A stretch of 64,000 nucleotides of DNA from a virus: positions 1 to 64,000 of IMG/VR virus record IMGVR_UViG_3300042311_000577, one strand, 5' to 3'. Below, in pieces: positions 1 to 7,906 of the stretch. Under the pieces are notes generated by a model. The model saw only the letters and a program-made list of their open reading frames with translations, ran no database searches and had not been told where the DNA came from. Every line of letters starts with the position of its first letter. The first letter of the stretch is position 1. Both the position numbers and the translations under genes were made by a program.

Positions 1-80
1 TTATCTCAGAATGAGTTTGATAATTTAGAGATAAAATGGACAAAATTAGTTTCAGATAAAAATATAATACTTCAGTTTAT

Positions 81-338
81 ATGAAAAATACAATTTTAGA
101 AATAGAAAAACAGATTGCTTTGTGTAAGCAAGAACTAGAAGAACTGCATCTCGCAGAGCCAAGTGAATATTGGTATAAGATCAGAAGAGCAGATTTGGAA
201 TTACATATCTATCAGCTGGAAGAAGCTATAGAAGTTGAGAAAAAGTTATTAAGAGAAAAAACAGCCGCAGAGAATACATTTATTATTGTTTTATGGGCAA
301 TAGTATTAACAGGATTAATTTTATTATGCAAATTATGA
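81..338 (+). CDS. hypothetical protein with coiled coil and C-terminal transmembrane helix
   Basis: 85-aa ORF with hydrophobic C-terminus FIIVLWAIVLTGLILL; stop overlaps the next ATG (ATGA). Confidence 0.7.
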   Translation: MKNTILEIEKQIALCKQELEELHLAEPSEYWYKIRRADLELHIYQLEEAIEVEKKLLREKTAAENTFIIVLWAIVLTGLILLCKL

Positions 339-607
339 AAAAGTTATTTATGATTATGGCACTTATGATTGCCGGAGTTGGTAGCTCACAAAAATTACCA
401 AAGAATCTTACTAAAAGTGAGAGAAAGTTTGTAAAAAATGTTATTGAACTTACTAATGATGTTCTAGTGACTGTAACCAAAAGAAATGACAATGTGATTG
501 TAGTAGAGTTTCATAACACTATGTACACTCTCACAGAGAACGGTTACATTGATGAAATGTGGATCCTTGAAGATGAGGATTGGATGGCATTAGGTAGAGA
601 AAAATAA
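335..607 (+). CDS. hypothetical protein with signal peptide
   Basis: ATG at 335 coupled to the upstream stop; MKKLFMIMALMIAGVGSSQ resembles a signal peptide. Confidence 0.7.
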   Translation: MKKLFMIMALMIAGVGSSQKLPKNLTKSERKFVKNVIELTNDVLVTVTKRNDNVIVVEFHNTMYTLTENGYIDEMWILEDEDWMALGREK

Positions 608-621
608 CCTTTAAATCAGAA
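605..621 (+). repeat. junction repeat TAACCTTTAAATCAGAA, copy 1
   Basis: 16-bp core AACCTTTAAATCAGAA recurs exactly at 842, 1063, 1265 and 11312; ATG follows at 626. Confidence 0.9.
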
Positions 622-625
622 TAGA

Positions 626-850
626 ATGAAAGCAAAAGAAAAAGCAAAAGAGTTAGTTGAAAAATTTATGCCATTTATTGCAGGTGCGGATAGGTATAAT
701 ACAACACTTGGAATTTATGATATAGATATATCCAAACAATGTGCATTAATTGCAGTTGATGAATTAATTGAAGAATCTTATTTTACATATGGTTATTATG
801 ATAGGCAAGATTATTGGGAACAAGTTAAACAAGAAATAAATAACCTTTAA
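626..850 (+). CDS. hypothetical phage protein
   Basis: 74-aa ORF flanked by junction repeats. Confidence 0.75.
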   Translation: MKAKEKAKELVEKFMPFIAGADRYNTTLGIYDIDISKQCALIAVDELIEESYFTYGYYDRQDYWEQVKQEINNL

Positions 851-857
851 ATCAGAA
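841..857 (+). repeat. junction repeat, copy 2
   Basis: TAACCTTTAAATCAGAA; ATG at 860. Confidence 0.9.
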
Positions 858-859
858 CA

Positions 860-1081
860 ATGAAAACAGTATTAGAACAAGTAATATTTGACTTATTTGA
901 TGGAAACCCACCTCAATGGGCAGAACTTATAATTAAGGAAGGTTTAGAAGCTGAGAAAGAGCAGATGTGCAAGTTTGCATCTGACTATGTAGAAACTCAA
1001 TGCAATGCAAGTTTTGATGGCAGTGTATCTGTTGACATTACAACAGAAGAGTATTATAACCAAACCTTTAAATCAGAATAA
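860..1081 (+). CDS. hypothetical phage protein
   Basis: 73-aa ORF ending YYNQTFKSE, where the repeat encodes TFKSE. Confidence 0.75.
   Translation: MKTVLEQVIFDLFDGNPPQWAELIIKEGLEAEKEQMCKFASDYVETQCNASFDGSVSVDITTEEYYNQTFKSE
1063..1078 (+). repeat. junction repeat, copy 3
   Basis: AACCTTTAAATCAGAA; ATG at 1083. Confidence 0.9.
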
Positions 1082-1082
1082 A

Positions 1083-1325
1083 ATGAAAAACATTAAATTT
1101 AAACTACATAAGATTGTAGGTAAATGGGTGAATGATGATGTAGATATTATCCCATCAATAAAATTTAGAACTGGTAGTAAATCAAATGAAACCACATCTG
1201 TAACAACAACAATGGTGTGTTTAGCATGGTTAAAATGGGCTATTGGTATATCAGTTAGTAAATTAACCTTTAAATCAGAAAAGAATGGCAAGAGTAGCAA
1301 AAGCAATGAAAAAAGACCTAGTTAA
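1083..1325 (+). CDS. hypothetical protein
   Basis: Internal ATG at 1083 directly after the repeat is the likely start of track ORF 1005..1325. Confidence 0.6.
   Translation: MKNIKFKLHKIVGKWVNDDVDIIPSIKFRTGSKSNETTSVTTTMVCLAWLKWAIGISVSKLTFKSEKNGKSSKSNEKRPS
1264..1280 (+). repeat. junction repeat, copy 4
   Basis: TAACCTTTAAATCAGAA; ATG at 1285. Confidence 0.9.
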
Positions 1326-1830
1326 AGCAAAAAAAGCTTGTATAGGCAAAAAGATGAAAGGTTTTAAGTTTGCTGATTGTAAGTCAGCCCATTGGCACAT
1401 TGAAATGGAAGATTTTATTGGACTAGAAGCAGAAGTTATTGCTTATAATGAAGCTTGGAATTACTTTACAGTAAAGTTTTCTAAGGCTAGGGAACACTGG
1501 GCTTATCCTGCAACCAAGGCTCTGAAACATATTGTAAAAGAATCTGATATAGTTGAGAAAAATGTAATTGAAGAGGTTATTGATGATACTTACACAGCAA
1601 TGCTTAAGGAAGAGATAACAGATTTATCAGCCAGATTAGATGCTGCTTTTAAAGAACAGGAAGAAATGCTTGAAGAGTTAAGATCATGGTTAAAACCATT
1701 TCCTAGTGCTTTTACAAAGCTTCAGGAACATGCTGGTATAATTACTCCGGAAGATGTTACTTATCACACAAATCTTATTCTTAAGATTATGGAACATAAG
1801 TTTGGTTATAAACCTAAATCTTGGGAGTAA
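1285..1830 (+). CDS. hypothetical protein
   Basis: 181-aa ORF. Confidence 0.75.
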   Translation: MARVAKAMKKDLVKAKKACIGKKMKGFKFADCKSAHWHIEMEDFIGLEAEVIAYNEAWNYFTVKFSKAREHWAYPATKALKHIVKESDIVEKNVIEEVIDDTYTAMLKEEITDLSARLDAAFKEQEEMLEELRSWLKPFPSAFTKLQEHAGIITPEDVTYHTNLILKIMEHKFGYKPKSWE

Positions 1831-2144
1831 TGAAAAAGTCTGAAGCATTGAAAAAAGCTGCTGAAGCAGAGGATAATGATCTTAAAGCTCTCGGTCTTAT
1901 GACCGGGAGTTTAAGAGAAGGTAGACTAGAAAGGTTTACTGAAACTTACTTACCTCAATTACTGAAAATGGGATATGACATTGCTCAAGATGATGAGATG
2001 TTTAGATATACTATTGATACAGAAATGGGAGGAAAGACATTTGGTATAGTAGATTACTATCCAAAGGCAAATAATCTATGCATTAGGAAGACCAATAAAT
2101 GGGAGAAGCCCGGTCTCAAATGGATTGTAGAGAATTTGTTGTAA
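1830..2144 (+). CDS. hypothetical protein
   Basis: ATG at 1830 overlaps the upstream TAA (TAATG). Confidence 0.7.
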   Translation: MKKSEALKKAAEAEDNDLKALGLMTGSLREGRLERFTETYLPQLLKMGYDIAQDDEMFRYTIDTEMGGKTFGIVDYYPKANNLCIRKTNKWEKPGLKWIVENLL

Positions 2145-2257
2145 ATTGCTAAATGTATTGATACATAAACTTCAGTTCCCACACAGCGATGAGATGGGCT
2201 AAGTTATATACAATTTCTCGGAGCTGGAAGTAGAAAGCTGAAGAGTGTGTCTTTTAT

Positions 2258-2367
2258 AGTCCCATAGCTCAGTTGATAGAGTGGAACCTCTGAAAATGTA
2301 AAGGATAGCCTGTTAGGGCATGCAATACATCAGGTTCAGGTCACAGGTTTGAATCCTGTTGGGATTA
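2258..2367 (+). tRNA. tRNA-like gene with a 44-nt anticodon loop (intron-containing, pseudo-tRNA or tRNA-like ncRNA); identity undetermined
   Basis: Acceptor AGTCCCA/TGGGATT; D arm GCTC-AGTTGATA-GAGT; anticodon stem GAACC(2284-2288)/GGTTC(2333-2337); variable AGGTC; T arm ACAGG-TTTGAAT-CCTGT. Confidence 0.7.
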
Positions 2368-2411
2368 CTAAAAAATGCTATTGTGGGAGTGACTTACTTC
2401 AACCCTCTGAC

Positions 2412-2436
2412 AGCCGGGAAAGACCGGCATTTTTTA
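2412..2436 (+). terminator. GC-rich hairpin plus T-tract (terminator or 3' end of a structured RNA)
   Basis: GCCGG-GAAAGA-CCGGC followed by ATTTTTT. Confidence 0.55.
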
Positions 2437-2453
2437 TTGTTTAATTTAAATTT

Positions 2454-2789
2454 ATGATTATGAACTGGTTAGGAAAAATGTTCAAGAAAAAGAAAAAAGG
2501 TTATAATACTGATGGTCAGTATAAACTGCTGATCATTGATGATAAGGCAGAGTTGCTACACCATAATCTTGGTATTACAGACAAGAGAGCAGATGAGTTA
2601 CTTGAATTGTGTGTAAAAACACATGATGAGTATGACATTCTGCATGAAGCATTGGAGAAACTTGTTAGTGAGTGTAAGCATACTAATGAAATAGTGTTTA
2701 CTTCACTCATGATGCAAAGACTAATTGATAAGCTCAATAGTTCAAACAGGGTACATAACATGCTTAAAAACATGTTTGGCCGTGGATAA
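2454..2789 (+). CDS. hypothetical protein
   Basis: 111-aa ORF after the non-coding region. Confidence 0.7.
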   Translation: MIMNWLGKMFKKKKKGYNTDGQYKLLIIDDKAELLHHNLGITDKRADELLELCVKTHDEYDILHEALEKLVSECKHTNEIVFTSLMMQRLIDKLNSSNRVHNMLKNMFGRG

Positions 2790-2793
2790 GTAC

Positions 2794-2994
2794 ATGATTA
2801 ACTCTGTCTTAGGATTTGATCTTAAGGCAGAGATAGTTGACAAAGAGGGTCAGGTTCTTAAAACTGGTTGTAGAAGTTGTGTAGTTCCCAAGAAAAAGGG
2901 AATTATAAAGTCTAGAATACTAGATAAAAGCTTCTTTACAACCTTTAATGAACCTCTGTTAGCTAAAATTAGAAACTTAAGACAGAACTTATGA
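2794..2994 (+). CDS. hypothetical protein
   Basis: ORF whose stop overlaps the next ATG; start uncertain (GTG 2782 or ATG 2794). Confidence 0.55.
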   Translation: MINSVLGFDLKAEIVDKEGQVLKTGCRSCVVPKKKGIIKSRILDKSFFTTFNEPLLAKIRNLRQNL

Positions 2995-3410
2995 ATATAT
3001 CTGTAACATATGATGATTCTGATGTAGCAAAAGCACTCAGTAAGATTATCAAAGATCCAAATGCAGAAGAGTTTGTCAAACTATTTACTCCCATTATTTG
3101 TGGTAATTCACAAACAGTAGATCATTTCTTCAAACTTATGATAGGTAATAAACTACCAGATACTATACCTATTGGTACTTTATGCAGAATGTCTATAGAT
3201 AACATGGGTTATGGTACGGATAAAGAGCTTACCAGACAGGAGTTTGCTGATGCAGATGATAAAATTGTAGCAACTGTAATAGAATTTAGAGGTTATCATG
3301 AATGGAGTCCTTATATTGTTGAATATGTTGCTGCTGTAGGAAAAGGTAGTAACAAAAGAGATACAACTTATGTTAGAACTAATGAACTAGAAGTTATTGA
3401 GGAATTTTAA
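2991..3410 (+). CDS. hypothetical protein
   Basis: 139-aa ORF. Confidence 0.75.
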   Translation: MNISVTYDDSDVAKALSKIIKDPNAEEFVKLFTPIICGNSQTVDHFFKLMIGNKLPDTIPIGTLCRMSIDNMGYGTDKELTRQEFADADDKIVATVIEFRGYHEWSPYIVEYVAAVGKGSNKRDTTYVRTNELEVIEEF

Positions 3411-3452
3411 GAAGTGTATTCTGTGAATATACTTTTCCTGACCAAATGAGAT

Positions 3453-3472
3453 AGGGGGAGAAATCCCCCTTT
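3453..3472 (+). terminator. hairpin, probable intrinsic terminator
   Basis: AGGGGGA-GAAA-TCCCCCT, short T-tail. Confidence 0.6.
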
Positions 3473-3558
3473 GTCATGTTTAGCTATATAGTGCTAAATA
3501 TTTTTGGTTTAAACTTTCTATGTTAGATTAAATAACTTACATTTACTAGCATATTTTT

Positions 3559-3840
3559 ATGCCGGTAATGCAATATCAACTCCCTAATGGGAAAGTAGTT
3601 CACCTCTCTATAGAAGAGTACCTTGATCTTACAGATGAAGATGTACAGTACCTTATGTCAATTGACTATGGTGAACACATTGGGGATCCTTTTACTGGTT
3701 CTGCGGTTGAGAAAAACACCAAAGAAAAATGTATAGACTTAGACTTCCTTCCTTTGGATGACTATGACTTAGATGATATTATATCAGATGATCAACCATT
3801 TGATGATATCATTGACTTATCAGACAGCTTAGATATGTAG
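3559..3840 (+). CDS. small highly acidic hypothetical protein
   Basis: 93-aa ORF with Asp-rich C-terminal half. Confidence 0.75.
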   Translation: MPVMQYQLPNGKVVHLSIEEYLDLTDEDVQYLMSIDYGEHIGDPFTGSAVEKNTKEKCIDLDFLPLDDYDLDDIISDDQPFDDIIDLSDSLDM

Positions 3841-3857
3841 TTTTAAACTACACACTA

Positions 3858-3895
3858 CCTCTAAAGTGAGTAATTAGGGGAACAGTATCTACTCA
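3858..3895 (+). promoter_or_regulatory. predicted H-type pseudoknot in the 5' leader
   Basis: Stem 1 CCTCTAA(3858-3864)/TTAGGGG(3874-3880); loop TGAGTA(3867-3872) pairs with TACTCA(3890-3895). Confidence 0.5.
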
Positions 3896-3935
3896 AAAAA
3901 TCAATTTATTTATTAATCATTTTAAATTTTTAAAG

Positions 3936-4412
3936 ATGAACTCAAAAGTATTTGTATTAGCAGATGAAACAGGTGCAGTTATTAATGTTTCAGAAAACAA
4001 TCCTGAATTTGGATATGTACGTGTACAACAAACAAGAACTGTTGTAGATGACAATGGATTTGTTCGTAGAAAAGCTATCAGTGCATTAATGCCTGGTACA
4101 ATAGAAGATTTACAAGATATGAATCTTTATGGTGGTCAAGAAATTGACGGTAAAATTATAGTTGAAGAATCATTGAGTCCTTTTAACAAAAAGAGACCAG
4201 AGCGTGATTTGAAAATAGCTGGTGAAACAGGTATTGTTTGTAGATTAGGTGGTCTTCCAATTTATAGAAGAACTAAATTTACTTTTAATACATCATTAGC
4301 TGATTCTACAATTGAGCATGATAATGTTGCTGAATTAAAAGCAGCATATGCAGCTCAAGTTGCAAAAGAAGCTGTTTCTTCTACAGAGGAAGATTTCTCA
4401 ATAGAAGGATAG
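3936..4412 (+). CDS. hypothetical protein, possibly ssDNA-binding
   Basis: 158 aa, beta-rich, acidic tip EEDFSIEG; followed by its own terminator; SSB role is inference. Confidence 0.7.
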   Translation: MNSKVFVLADETGAVINVSENNPEFGYVRVQQTRTVVDDNGFVRRKAISALMPGTIEDLQDMNLYGGQEIDGKIIVEESLSPFNKKRPERDLKIAGETGIVCRLGGLPIYRRTKFTFNTSLADSTIEHDNVAELKAAYAAQVAKEAVSSTEEDFSIEG

Positions 4413-4429
4413 TATTTACTTAGTTAGAC

Positions 4430-4454
4430 AAGGGGGCAGAAATGTCCCCTTTTT
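4430..4454 (+). terminator. intrinsic terminator
   Basis: AAGGGGGCA-GAAA-TGTCCCCTT plus T-run. Confidence 0.75.
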
Positions 4455-4477
4455 ATTATTTATGAATGTAAAATTGT

Positions 4478-4966
4478 ATGATTAAAATGGAAAAGTTAAA
4501 ACAACAGATTAGAAATTATCAATTGCATGCAGGTAAAACTTATATGCAATATGAACAAGATAAGTATTCAACTTATCAAAACTATTTGTATAAGAGAGCA
4601 TTATATGGTCTAGATGCTCTTGAACAAAAAGAACTTGCTACTATGTGTAGTAAGAAAAAACAACGGATTATTAATGTTTATAATAGAGCTCAAAATGTAT
4701 TGAATCTATTTAAACAAAAGCTTACAATAGAGTATACTAATAAACTCTTTGAATCATTGTTTCCTAAAAGCAATCTTACAAAAGCTTTTTTAGAGTGTGA
4801 TGAAGTAGATGAAAAGTTTAAGAATACTTTAACTTTTAAAGATTTAAACATCACAAAAGATGATATTATTAGTATCTTTATGCTAGAAGGTATACTTCCT
4901 AAAAACTTTTTAAGTTTACAGGAAGCACCAGTAAATTTACCAATGTTAAAAAATCAAAGTGTATGA
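4478..4966 (+). CDS. hypothetical protein
   Basis: 162-aa ORF; start could be 4487. Confidence 0.75.
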   Translation: MIKMEKLKQQIRNYQLHAGKTYMQYEQDKYSTYQNYLYKRALYGLDALEQKELATMCSKKKQRIINVYNRAQNVLNLFKQKLTIEYTNKLFESLFPKSNLTKAFLECDEVDEKFKNTLTFKDLNITKDDIISIFMLEGILPKNFLSLQEAPVNLPMLKNQSV

Positions 4967-5244
4967 AAACATTTTATGACATTAGAGAGTTGTCTCCAGC
5001 TAGAGAAAGATGGAGACCACTTGAAGTGAAAGTTTTACTAAGTAGTAAAAAAAGATACTTAATCAAAGTTATTACAACAGACCATCCAAGATGTACTGAT
5101 CTGATAGATAAGTATATTGTTTGTCCAAAGGATAATTTTCTTGATAAAGATCTTCATATTACTGAAAGCTTTTGGAGTGCTCTAAAGAATTTTTTATTTA
5201 AGAAAGCAGCTAAGGTTGCTGAGTTTCCTGAAGAATTATTATAA
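4963..5244 (+). CDS. hypothetical protein
   Basis: 93-aa ORF with ATGA overlap. Confidence 0.7.
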   Translation: MKTFYDIRELSPARERWRPLEVKVLLSSKKRYLIKVITTDHPRCTDLIDKYIVCPKDNFLDKDLHITESFWSALKNFLFKKAAKVAEFPEELL

Positions 5245-5266
5245 ATAAAAATTAAAAACTAAAATT

Positions 5267-5473
5267 ATGACAAGAGAAGAATTTGAAAAAAAAGTGTATG
5301 ATTTAACTAATCAGTTAACAGAATTGGTAAAACAATTACCAGAAATTCCTGAACTAGATGATACTCTAGATCCACGTGACTATGATACAAGTAAAAGTTC
5401 ATTTGGACTTTCTATTATAGGCTTAGAACAAGATTTAGATCTTTTATCAGATACATATTTTGATGAAGCTTAA
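5267..5473 (+). CDS. hypothetical protein
   Basis: 68-aa acidic ORF. Confidence 0.65.
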   Translation: MTREEFEKKVYDLTNQLTELVKQLPEIPELDDTLDPRDYDTSKSSFGLSIIGLEQDLDLLSDTYFDEA

Positions 5474-5867
5474 AACTTGTGACGGTTGCCAAAAGGAAAC
5501 CGTGATATGGAAGAACCATGAGGGATTCAAATACTGTAAATATTGCTGGAGTTGCCAAAAAGCCATTAATAATGACAGTTCACAGAAACCAACTGATTAT
5601 AAAATCCCTCAGGTTTCTTCTAAAAGAAAGAAAAAAGATCAAGAGTATCTCAAACTAAGAGAAAAACATTTATTGGTGAACAACCTGTGTGAGGTAAAGG
5701 TGAATGGATGTGGTCACATGGCTACTGATATTCACCATACCTATGCAGGGGCTAACAGAGATGCTTTTTATCTAGTTCAGAGTACTTGGAAAGCAGTATG
5801 TAGGAATTGTCATGATTGGATTCATGCAAATCCAGCAGAGGCTAGAACCATGGGATGGTTAAAATAA
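5460..5867 (+). CDS. HNH-type (His-Me finger) endonuclease with N-terminal Zn finger
   Basis: N-terminal CDGC..CKYC; C-terminal CEV..C..ATDIHH...VCRNCHDWIH. Confidence 0.7.
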   Translation: MMKLKTCDGCQKETVIWKNHEGFKYCKYCWSCQKAINNDSSQKPTDYKIPQVSSKRKKKDQEYLKLREKHLLVNNLCEVKVNGCGHMATDIHHTYAGANRDAFYLVQSTWKAVCRNCHDWIHANPAEARTMGWLK

Positions 5868-5872
5868 AAGAT

Positions 5873-6778
5873 ATGACAGCAGAATTAAAAATATTACATG
5901 AAAAAATACCTGAGTCAGATCCTAGAACTTTAAAACAAATACTTACAAATAAGAAACTTTGTAAAGAAATACTCAAAAGAGATGTTATTTCTGAAAGACA
6001 ACTTATTACTGAGTATAATATTCCATTAGGTTATCTTAAAGGATTAAAGTCTAGAAAGGTTATCAGTTATTTTAGTACAAGAGGACAACTTAATGTTCCT
6101 AAAAAGGGATCTAAGTATTATTATTTCTTAGATGAGGTACAAAATTTAATGGGCTATAATATAAGATATAATTCAAGTTTTGTGTTCCGGTATAATTTAA
6201 TGAATAGAGTTTCTTTAGAGTTATCTAAAGAATTCAATCCTGAAAAACATACACTGATGCTTAAGATGTTTCTTAAGGATAATAAATCACTAGAAGAAAT
6301 TGCTGATGAATTTAATATTAGCCGTGCAAGGGTCACTGAGATATTAAATAAGAGTGCTAGTAGAGTTATTTATTTTACAAGAAAACTTTTTAAGGCACAT
6401 GGTATTGAAAGAGATACATTATCTCTTTTAACTGAGAATGAGTTACTAAAAAGTCATAATACACAGTTGTATAATAAATTTACAAGAGAAAAAGAAACTT
6501 TAGAATCAAAACAGTTCTTATCTAGTTCAGCTGCTAAACATTTTATAAGAAATAAGTTTGATGTTAGAGATCTTAAGAAGAATATAATTCATGAACTTGA
6601 TACAAATTTATCTGTAAGAGCATTGAATTGTCTTAAATTGGCTGACATAGAAACTCTTGAAGATTTATTATACTACAGAAAGTCTGACTTGATGAGATTT
6701 AGAAACTTTGGTAAGAAATCATTAGATGAATTATGTTATTGGTTAGAAGATAAATACAAGTGGGAATTAATCTATTAA
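5873..6778 (+). CDS. putative transcription regulator: N-terminal wHTH-like + sigma70 region-4-like HTH + RNA polymerase alpha-CTD
   Basis: KSLEEIADEFNISRARVTEILNK (sigma4-like HTH); LSVRALNCLK.ADIETLEDLL...DLMRFRNFGKKSLDEL (RpoA alpha-CTD signature). Confidence 0.8.
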   Translation: MTAELKILHEKIPESDPRTLKQILTNKKLCKEILKRDVISERQLITEYNIPLGYLKGLKSRKVISYFSTRGQLNVPKKGSKYYYFLDEVQNLMGYNIRYNSSFVFRYNLMNRVSLELSKEFNPEKHTLMLKMFLKDNKSLEEIADEFNISRARVTEILNKSASRVIYFTRKLFKAHGIERDTLSLLTENELLKSHNTQLYNKFTREKETLESKQFLSSSAAKHFIRNKFDVRDLKKNIIHELDTNLSVRALNCLKLADIETLEDLLYYRKSDLMRFRNFGKKSLDELCYWLEDKYKWELIY

Positions 6779-6782
6779 AGTT

Positions 6783-7877
6783 ATGACAAAAGATGAAGTT
6801 CAATTAGAAGCATTAAAAGCAACTGATGGTAAGCAGAAATGTAGTGTGGTTCTTGGTACAGGTGTTGGGAAAACCCTTGTTGGCCTTACACATATTGAGA
6901 AAAATACTACCTCTCTAATGAGATGTCTTATTGTTGCTCCAAAAAAGTCAATCTTCCAATCATGGAAAGATGATGCTGTTAAATTTGGAAAAGAAGATTT
7001 ATTAGGTAGAATGGTATTTACTACTTATTTAAGTTTGAATAAACATAACCCTAATGATTATGATGCAGTCTATTTGGATGAAGTTCATAGTTTATTAGAT
7101 AGTCACAGAGGATTTCTCCAACTATATAGAGGAAAGATTCTCGGATTGACAGGTACTCCACCAAAAAGGAGTTATTCAGAAAAAGGTAAGTTAGTACAAG
7201 AGTTCTGTCCCGTAGTATTTACATTCAAAGCAGATGATGCTGTAGAGAATGGAATACTAAATGATTACCAGATAGTAGTGCATCAGTTACATTTGACTAA
7301 TAACAAAGTATATCCTGTTAAAACTGGTAACAAACAGTATTTAGCATCTGAAGTAGATAACTATACTTATTGGTCAAGAAGACTAGATGTGGGTTCCGGA
7401 AATATGCATATACTTAGAGTCATGAGGATGAAGGCAATGATGGAGTATCCTACTAAAGAAAAGTATACTAAAATACTAATGAATAGTATACAAACTAAAT
7501 GTATTGTATTTGCTAATACTCAAGCTCAAGCAGATAGATTATGTAAACATAGCTATCATAGCAACAACAAGGAGTCAGAAGATAACTTACTCATGTTTAA
7601 GGAAGGAAAAATAAATAAACTTTCTACTGTACTGCAGTTGAATGAGGGTGTAAATATTCCTAATCTTAAGCAAGGTATTATTATGCATGCATATGGTAAT
7701 GAGAGAAAAGCAAGTCAAAGAATTGGAAGATTACTCCGGTTAAATCCAGATGATAAAGCTATTGTCCACATACTATGTTATATGGATACAATAGATGAAA
7801 AATGGGTTAAGGAAGCATTAGAAAATTTTGATCAGACTAAAGTAATTTGGAAAGATTTTGGGGTTAAATTAGATTAA
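6783..7877 (+). CDS. superfamily 2 (DExH) helicase
   Basis: Walker A GTGVGKT, DEVH, motif III TGT, motif V EGVNIP, motif VI QRIGRLLR. Confidence 0.9.
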   Translation: MTKDEVQLEALKATDGKQKCSVVLGTGVGKTLVGLTHIEKNTTSLMRCLIVAPKKSIFQSWKDDAVKFGKEDLLGRMVFTTYLSLNKHNPNDYDAVYLDEVHSLLDSHRGFLQLYRGKILGLTGTPPKRSYSEKGKLVQEFCPVVFTFKADDAVENGILNDYQIVVHQLHLTNNKVYPVKTGNKQYLASEVDNYTYWSRRLDVGSGNMHILRVMRMKAMMEYPTKEKYTKILMNSIQTKCIVFANTQAQADRLCKHSYHSNNKESEDNLLMFKEGKINKLSTVLQLNEGVNIPNLKQGIIMHAYGNERKASQRIGRLLRLNPDDKAIVHILCYMDTIDEKWVKEALENFDQTKVIWKDFGVKLD

Positions 7878-7890
7878 CCCCAATATTTTT
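7858..7890 (+). terminator. hairpin, possible terminator
   Basis: TTGGGGTTAA-ATTAGA-TTAACCCCAA then TATTTTT; overlaps the helicase stop. Confidence 0.5.
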
Positions 7891-7906
7891 ATTATATTAG
7901 AAGTAT

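Noticed and set aside
1005-1082. N-terminal extension of track ORF 1005..1325
   Set aside because: It overlaps the upstream gene; the ATG at 1083 directly after the junction repeat fits the pattern of the other copies
605-1280. Four regularly spaced repeats as a CRISPR array
   Set aside because: Repeats are only 16-17 bp, the intervening ~200-bp units are whole ORFs, and no cas genes are present
2406-2430. CTGACAG...GAAA as a hammerhead ribozyme core
   Set aside because: It does not match CUGANGA, and the three-stem arrangement cannot be built
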